Below are positions 58,556 through 64,000 of a stretch of 64,000 nucleotides of DNA, in pieces. A program made the position numbers and the translations under genes. Below the pieces are notes generated by a model. It made no database searches. It had not been told where the DNA came from and saw nothing but the letters and a program-made list of their open reading frames with translations. The stretch's first letter is position 1. Every line of letters begins with the position of its first letter. Source of the stretch: an uncultured Burkholderiales bacterium (lineage in GTDB: Bacteria > Bacteroidota > Bacteroidia > UBA8524); the NCBI GenBank assembly GCA_964620355.1, contig CAZUIT010000004.1:45652-109651 (forward strand), read 5' to 3'.

Positions 58556-59500
58556 TTGTCAGTAATCGTTGATCATATCTCAAAAATCTACGGCGAACAA
58601 AAAGCAGTAGATGATATTAGTTTTCAGGTAAACAAAGGCGAAATCGTAGGTTTCCTCGGTCCGAATGGTGCCGGGAAAAGTACGACCATGAAAATTCTTA
58701 CCTGCTTTTTGCCTCAAACTTTTGGTCAGGCCAGTGTTTGCGGACATGATGTGGTGAATGAAACCATGGAAGTACGCCGTAAAGTGGGGTACCTGCCGGA
58801 GCAAAACCCATTGTACCTCGACATGTACGTGAAGGAATACCTGCTCTTTATGGCCTCTTTAAGGAAGCTAGGTCCTGGTTCTCAAAAGCGTGTAGAAAGC
58901 ATGATAGAACGTACCGGGCTTACACAAGAGCGGAAGAAGAAAATCGGACAGCTTTCCAAAGGCTACCGTCAAAGAGTAGGTTTGGCTCAAGCCATGTTGC
59001 ATGAGCCCGAAGTACTGATTTTAGACGAGCCTACCTCCGGACTTGATCCCAACCAATTGGTGGAAATTCGCAGTTTGATTCGTCAGATTGGAAAAGACAA
59101 AACGGTGATTCTGAGTTCGCATATTATGCAGGAAGTGGAAGCCCTCTGCAGTCGAGCGATCATCATCAATAAAGGGAAAATTGTAGCGGATGATAGCATG
59201 GCGAAGCTTCAAGGAAGCGTGAGCGTAAGTGCTAAGCTTACAGTAGAATTCCGCGATCCCGTACACAGTGATTTATTAAGAAAAATAGAAGGCGTGAGTC
59301 AGGTGGAAAATTTAGGTGAGAAGAAATTCGCCATCCATGGGTCATCCATCGACAAAACCAAGGAACAGGTTTTTGCCATCGCCGTAGAAGCCAAAACAAT
59401 CATTTTATCCATGCAGGAGGATGAGCAAAAACTCGAATCCGTATTCCGTGAGTTGACCAAAAGTGCTCCTGCAAAATCTCAAAAAGCTAATAGCAAATAA
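58556..59500 (+). CDS. gldA: ABC transporter ATP-binding protein, GldA-like
   Basis: Walker A GPNGAGKST, an LSKGYRQRV signature, and Walker B ILDEPTSGLD. ABC-2 permease and GldG-like genes follow. TTG start. Confidence 0.65.
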   Translation: MSVIVDHISKIYGEQKAVDDISFQVNKGEIVGFLGPNGAGKSTTMKILTCFLPQTFGQASVCGHDVVNETMEVRRKVGYLPEQNPLYLDMYVKEYLLFMASLRKLGPGSQKRVESMIERTGLTQERKKKIGQLSKGYRQRVGLAQAMLHEPEVLILDEPTSGLDPNQLVEIRSLIRQIGKDKTVILSSHIMQEVEALCSRAIIINKGKIVADDSMAKLQGSVSVSAKLTVEFRDPVHSDLLRKIEGVSQVENLGEKKFAIHGSSIDKTKEQVFAIAVEAKTIILSMQEDEQKLESVFRELTKSAPAKSQKANSK

Positions 59501-59502
59501 GG

Positions 59503-60231
59503 ATGTTCGTGATCTATATCAAAGAAATCCGGAGCTTCCTCAGCTCGTTAATTGCCTATATCGTGATCATCACGTTTTTGTTGGCAATTGGCTTGTTCAT
59601 GTGGATTTTCCCAGACACCAATGTTTTGGATATAGGGTATTCCAACCTGGATCCACTTTTTTTTGTTGCCCCTTGGGTATTCATATTCTTGGTATCAGCC
59701 ATCACCATGCGCTCCTTTGCGGATGAAAAAAGGGCTGGTACGATTGAAACTTTAACCACGAGTCCGGTAAGTGACTTGAGCATCATACTTGGGAAATTCT
59801 TTGCGGGTGTGACCCTCTTGCTCTTTGCCTTGATTCCAACAATTGTCTACTATCTGAGTGTTCGTTATCTCGCTTATCCTGTTGGGAATATTGATTCAGG
59901 TGCCATACTCGGATCCTATATCGGTTTATTGATGGTAGGCGCCACCTTTGTTTCCATAGGCATGTTTGCGAGTAGCATCACGGATAATCAGATTTCTGCG
60001 TTTATCATATCTACCTTTCTTTGCTTTTTCTTTTTCTCTGCCTTTCATTACCTCGGTGAACTAAAAGTGCTGGGTGACTTGGATTATGTTATTTCTTGGC
60101 TCGGAATGTTTGCGCATTATGAGTCTATCTCTCGTGGAGTGCTTGATACGCGAGATGCTTTTTACTTCTTGAGTGTCATCGTGTTTTTCATTTTATTAAC
60201 GAAAACGGTTTTCGGAAGCCGCAAATGGTAA
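59503..60231 (+). CDS. gldF: ABC-2 family permease, GldF-like
   Basis: Six TM helices, 3 nt after the ATPase gene. Confidence 0.6.
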   Translation: MFVIYIKEIRSFLSSLIAYIVIITFLLAIGLFMWIFPDTNVLDIGYSNLDPLFFVAPWVFIFLVSAITMRSFADEKRAGTIETLTTSPVSDLSIILGKFFAGVTLLLFALIPTIVYYLSVRYLAYPVGNIDSGAILGSYIGLLMVGATFVSIGMFASSITDNQISAFIISTFLCFFFFSAFHYLGELKVLGDLDYVISWLGMFAHYESISRGVLDTRDAFYFLSVIVFFILLTKTVFGSRKW

Positions 60232-60235
60232 GGAT

Positions 60236-61999
60236 ATGAAGAAAAGGAATTTGCGCTCACAATCGATCTTAGAACTGGTGCTTGCCCTTGCGCTTATTGG
60301 GGTATTGAATTATTTGTCGTCACGGGTTTTTCACCGTTTCGACTTCACCAAAGAAAAACGCTATACGCTATCTGATGCTTCTGAAAAGTTAGCGGAGGCC
60401 TTGGATGATGTCTTCTATGTGAAGATTTACCTCGATGGCGACGACCTACCTCCTGCCTATAAAAACTTGCGAAACTCTACCAAAGAGATGCTCGATGAGT
60501 TTCGTTATGCTTCGGGAGATAATATCGAATATGAAATCTATAACCCACTTGAAGGACTCGATGGGGAAGACCTAAAAAATGTCTTAATCGAGCTTCGAGA
60601 ATCGGGAATCCAAGTTACCGACCTCTACGAAAAAACCAATGATGGTTCTCGGCAGAAACTAATTGTACCTGGAGCCCATGTATTTTATAAGGGCCAGCAA
60701 TATCCTATGTATTTGATTGATCCGAGCATGACGGTCAATAATCCGGCGACCTTAAATAAGGCGGTCGAAGCATTGGAATTTACCATCGCGAATACCCTCC
60801 GCCGTTGTGTGCAGCCAAGCAGGAAGACCATTGGTTTTATGGATGGTCATGGTGAGTTGGCCGACCTACAATTGCTTGATGCCAAGCGTCTGCTCGATGA
60901 ATACTATGACGCCGAACGGATGAATCTCAACTTTGATGATTCCGCTTTCTATGGTCAAATTTTGGATAAGCTGAATGATGTTCCTGAAGACTCGCTTGGT
61001 TTTGCAGTCGATCGATTAATCAAGGCCAAGTTAAATGCCTTTGATGCCATCGTATTTGCCAAGCCAAGACTGGCCTTCGCTGAGCGCGAAAAATATTGGA
61101 TAGATCAGTATATCATGCAAGGAGGGAAGGTCATGTGGATGATTGATCCGCTCATGATTGAGACGGATACGCTAGCCCGTTACGGAAAAGTATTTACGGC
61201 AGATTATGATCTAAATTTAACGGACTTGCTCTTTAAATATGGCGTTCGTGTGAACCTTGATTTGGTGCAAGATTACAATAGTTTAATTGTTCCATTTGGC
61301 CGTGAGGGTGGAGGAGTTGATCCAAAACCTTGGTTCTACTTTCCGGTTCTTCCAAGCATGAACAACCACGCCATCAATCGTAATATTGATTTGGTATGGC
61401 TTCAGTATCCTGCAAGTATTGATACAGTGGGTTCTCCAAATCTTAAGAAAACGGTTTTGCTACAATCTACTGGTCTCTCGAGGCGAAGCAATCATCCGGT
61501 AGAAATCGACATGCAGGTTGTGCGGAAGCCTCCGGCAGAGGACTATTTCCCGAATAGTGAGGAGCCTTTGGCCGTGTTGGTAGAAGGAAAGTTCGAGTCG
61601 CCATACACCATGGCTAACCGAAAGGAGCTTGATCCAGAGAAAACCTTTATTGATCATATCGATAACGGCAAAATGATTGTGGTGGGAGACGGCGATCTGA
61701 TGCTGAACCTGGTGCGTCAAGATGGACAATATTATCCAGCAGGCTACGACCGTTTGTCCAAAAAGACATTCGGGAATCGTCAGTTTTTTATGAATTGCAT
61801 CGATTATTTGGTGGATGACTATGGCTTGATTGAAGTGCGGAACAAAGACATCCAACTCCGTCTATTGGATAAGGATAAAATCAATCTTCCAAAAGAACAG
61901 AATAAATGGAAAGCATTAAATATGGTGCTTCCAGTAGTAATCATCCTCCTTTTTGGATTGATTAATGGCGTGATTAGAAAAAGAAAATATGAGCGATAA
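60236..61999 (+). CDS. gldG: GldG-like ABC transporter accessory protein
   Basis: N- and C-terminal TM anchors around a large periplasmic domain. Size and gene order match gldF-gldG. Confidence 0.65.
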   Translation: MKKRNLRSQSILELVLALALIGVLNYLSSRVFHRFDFTKEKRYTLSDASEKLAEALDDVFYVKIYLDGDDLPPAYKNLRNSTKEMLDEFRYASGDNIEYEIYNPLEGLDGEDLKNVLIELRESGIQVTDLYEKTNDGSRQKLIVPGAHVFYKGQQYPMYLIDPSMTVNNPATLNKAVEALEFTIANTLRRCVQPSRKTIGFMDGHGELADLQLLDAKRLLDEYYDAERMNLNFDDSAFYGQILDKLNDVPEDSLGFAVDRLIKAKLNAFDAIVFAKPRLAFAEREKYWIDQYIMQGGKVMWMIDPLMIETDTLARYGKVFTADYDLNLTDLLFKYGVRVNLDLVQDYNSLIVPFGREGGGVDPKPWFYFPVLPSMNNHAINRNIDLVWLQYPASIDTVGSPNLKKTVLLQSTGLSRRSNHPVEIDMQVVRKPPAEDYFPNSEEPLAVLVEGKFESPYTMANRKELDPEKTFIDHIDNGKMIVVGDGDLMLNLVRQDGQYYPAGYDRLSKKTFGNRQFFMNCIDYLVDDYGLIEVRNKDIQLRLLDKDKINLPKEQNKWKALNMVLPVVIILLFGLINGVIRKRKYER

Positions 62000-63053
62000 G
62001 AAGAAAAAATCAATTTGGTCAAAAACCCTCTTGGCCCTGTCGATGCTGTTGGTATTGGCGGTGATTTTTATACCCATCATCGATAAAAATTTTAAGTCGA
62101 CCTTGAAGCCGGAATTGAAGAATTTCGCTCTTGAAGACCCTGAAGAAGTGACCGAGATCTTTATGGCTACCAAGAACAGCACTACTTCTTTTGTGAAGCT
62201 GAGTCTAAACGATAAAGGCGTTTGGATGGTAAATGATGAATTCCCTGCCGAGCCGGAAAAGATTAAAATGCTGCTGAACGAGTATTTGGCACGTTTGATT
62301 GTGAAGAATCCAATTCCCAATGGAGGAATAGATAATGTGGTAAAATCCATGGCATCTAACGCCATCAAGGTAGAAATTTACAAGGGAACGCATAAGGATA
62401 AGGTTATTTATGTAGGGGGCAACTCAGCGGATGAGATGGGAACCCACATGATGTTGGAGAATTCCTCCCGGCCTTTTGTGGTGCATATTCCCGGATTTAT
62501 GGGGTATCCATCCGCTATCTTCAATATGAACCCGAAGAAATGGAAGAGCCTGAATATATTTCAAACAAGTATTGTGGATTTAAAGTCGGTATCTGTGTTC
62601 TACCCTGCTGATGCTGGCGGTTCTTTTACCATCCATAAAGAAGAACGTACGCTTCGATTAGAACCGTATATCGTGGGCGATTTAAAGGACCCTAAGGCAT
62701 TGGATATGGCCTTGCTCAAACAATATGCAGCGACCTTCGAAAGCCTAAACTATGAAAGTATTTACGAAGGTTTGGCAGCCCAGCTCGCAGACTCGGTTAT
62801 CAGGGTAGATCAACCGTATGCGGTTATTAATCTAGACCGAGTGGATGGAACAGATCATGAATTGAAAATCTATAAAAAGCCCGTTACGGCCGATTCACCA
62901 CAGTTGGATAATTTTGGTAATCCAGTGAATTATGATCTCGACCGTTTCTATGGAGTTCTAGATGGAAATACCTCTGATATTCTTTCAGTGCAAAGTTTTG
63001 TGTTTAAGAATATTTTTAAGAAGTACGGAGCGTTTTACGGAGAGAAGTATTAG
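61989..63053 (+). CDS. DUF4340-like protein, commonly encoded after gldG
   Basis: An N-terminal TM anchor. It overlaps gldG by 11 nt. Confidence 0.5.
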   Translation: MSDKKKKSIWSKTLLALSMLLVLAVIFIPIIDKNFKSTLKPELKNFALEDPEEVTEIFMATKNSTTSFVKLSLNDKGVWMVNDEFPAEPEKIKMLLNEYLARLIVKNPIPNGGIDNVVKSMASNAIKVEIYKGTHKDKVIYVGGNSADEMGTHMMLENSSRPFVVHIPGFMGYPSAIFNMNPKKWKSLNIFQTSIVDLKSVSVFYPADAGGSFTIHKEERTLRLEPYIVGDLKDPKALDMALLKQYAATFESLNYESIYEGLAAQLADSVIRVDQPYAVINLDRVDGTDHELKIYKKPVTADSPQLDNFGNPVNYDLDRFYGVLDGNTSDILSVQSFVFKNIFKKYGAFYGEKY

Positions 63054-63074
63054 CTTTTTCTTTCCTTAAATCAC

Positions 63075-64000
63075 CTACTTAATGAGCGTAACTGTGCCGG
63101 TGTATTTTACAGGCTGCGAATAGTAAAATTTGTAGTTGAAGATGACATAATAGACTCCAGCTGGAAGGGTATAGCCATTTAAATCACTGCCCGACCAGTT
63201 TATCCCATCACGTCCATTTCCATCTGTTGTACTTTCATAAACAAGTAGACCAAAACGATCGAAAATTTTAAGGTCGTAGTCTTCTTCCCCTAATATATCA
63301 ATGTCGAATGCATCATTCAATCCATCGATATCACCGGGAGTAAATACATTAGGGATAAAGATATGTTTGGGGTTTTTGAGGTGAAATGTCTTGCACAACT
63401 CATCTTCACATCCAAGCTCGTTTCTTGCTTTCAAGCAGACTTTAAAATAGCCTTGATTGGGGTAGAATTTTACAAATGGATCTCGGTCCTTCGAGGTTTT
63501 AAAGAAGTTGGTGGAGTCTATTCCTTCAAAAGTCCAATCGAAGGCAACTCCGCTGATAGAGGTGTTTTTAAACTGAATGTCTAATGGTTTCGAGCGGGAA
63601 GAGTCGATTTCAAAATTCGCCTCAATATCGATAACCTCAATTTGTTTTGTGGCCGAATCATAACAGCCCTTGCCATACCGAGGGTCAGGAGTATAGGTTG
63701 GTAAATACGAAATCATATAAGTGCCAGCTTTACCATAGCTATAGATGAAGAATTTCGAACTGCTACTTTTCGAATTCCCATCACCAAAAGCAAATGAATG
63801 ATTGGTATACTTTGGGTCGGCTGTGGAAATAATATTGAAGATTTGGTCAACACATACCTTATTCGGAATATTGAAACTCACAGTCGGACGAGGCAGAACT
63901 ACTACTTGCTTTTCAACCTGTCCGGGAACGGCCAAATCAGGATAGGTTGCAGAGCAAAATTGTTTGTTCTGAGTGGCTGGGTTATAGATGCTATCTGCAC
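63075..64000 (-). CDS. Large secreted protein with a T9SS type-B (gliding-motility-associated, CHU_C) C-terminal domain. Only the 3' part is in the window; the frame stays open to position 64000.
   Basis: C-terminal IFIPNVFTPGDIDGLNDAFDI...YKFYYSQPVKYTGTVTLIK is a type-B CTD. The track's start at 63935 is a TTG. I translated the upstream codons and found no in-frame stop. Confidence 0.7.
   Translation of the reverse strand, partial: ADSIYNPATQNKQFCSATYPDLAVPGQVEKQVVVLPRPTVSFNIPNKVCVDQIFNIISTADPKYTNHSFAFGDGNSKSSSSKFFIYSYGKAGTYMISYLPTYTPDPRYGKGCYDSATKQIEVIDIEANFEIDSSRSKPLDIQFKNTSISGVAFDWTFEGIDSTNFFKTSKDRDPFVKFYPNQGYFKVCLKARNELGCEDELCKTFHLKNPKHIFIPNVFTPGDIDGLNDAFDIDILGEEDYDLKIFDRFGLLVYESTTDGNGRDGINWSGSDLNGYTLPAGVYYVIFNYKFYYSQPVKYTGTVTLIK

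Noticed and set aside
1-64000. Mobile elements, integrases, CRISPR arrays, rRNA and tRNA genes
   Set aside because: I recognise no transposase or integrase, no regular repeat-spacer array, and no rRNA-like or tRNA-like conserved blocks. Apart from the TA relic, the window looks like core chromosome.

Overview
This 64 kb window is a chromosomal segment that looks like a Bacteroidota genome, most likely Flavobacteriia or Cytophagia-like. It is AT-rich, has no Shine-Dalgarno sequences, and carries TAnnTTTG -7 promoter boxes, T9SS C-terminal sorting domains and gldA/F/G gliding genes. Most of it is densely packed housekeeping DNA. Identifiable genes include sucA, a complete cbb3-type cytochrome oxidase set (fused ccoNO, then ccoQ, ccoP, ccoG, ccoH and a DsbD_2-like gene), tex, a PDH-type E2, thyA, pckA, gpmA, yciH, trhO, purD, secA, deoC, rplS, yidD, fumC and msrB. 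There is also a LytTR response regulator paired with a Y_Y_Y propeller histidine kinase. The most interesting block is an about 13 kb inorganic-carbon uptake island that starts divergently from pckA. It reads small protein - PLD-family enzyme - SulP - beta-carbonic anhydrase, then a hypothetical, then DabA(DUF2309) - DabB(NuoL-like) - a second SulP, then a predicted porin. The junctions are tight or overlapping, which fits two operons. Other notable points follow. Two convergent T9SS cargo genes have stop codons 7 bp apart. A 900 bp gene-free gap holds a decayed type II toxin-antitoxin pair (frameshifted antitoxin-like ORF plus a truncated PIN toxin). A near-palindromic TGATTTAAATCA box lies upstream of ccoNO. 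A family of GC-rich intergenic motifs recurs (CAGTCACCCTGA, CGCTCAGGG, GTCGAC-containing). A 38 nt GTCTAA-rich motif occurs at two distant loci. I found no CRISPR array, transposase, integrase, rRNA or tRNA. Several ORF-track N-termini rest on TTG/GTG starts, and I trimmed them to conserved ATG starts where homology allowed.
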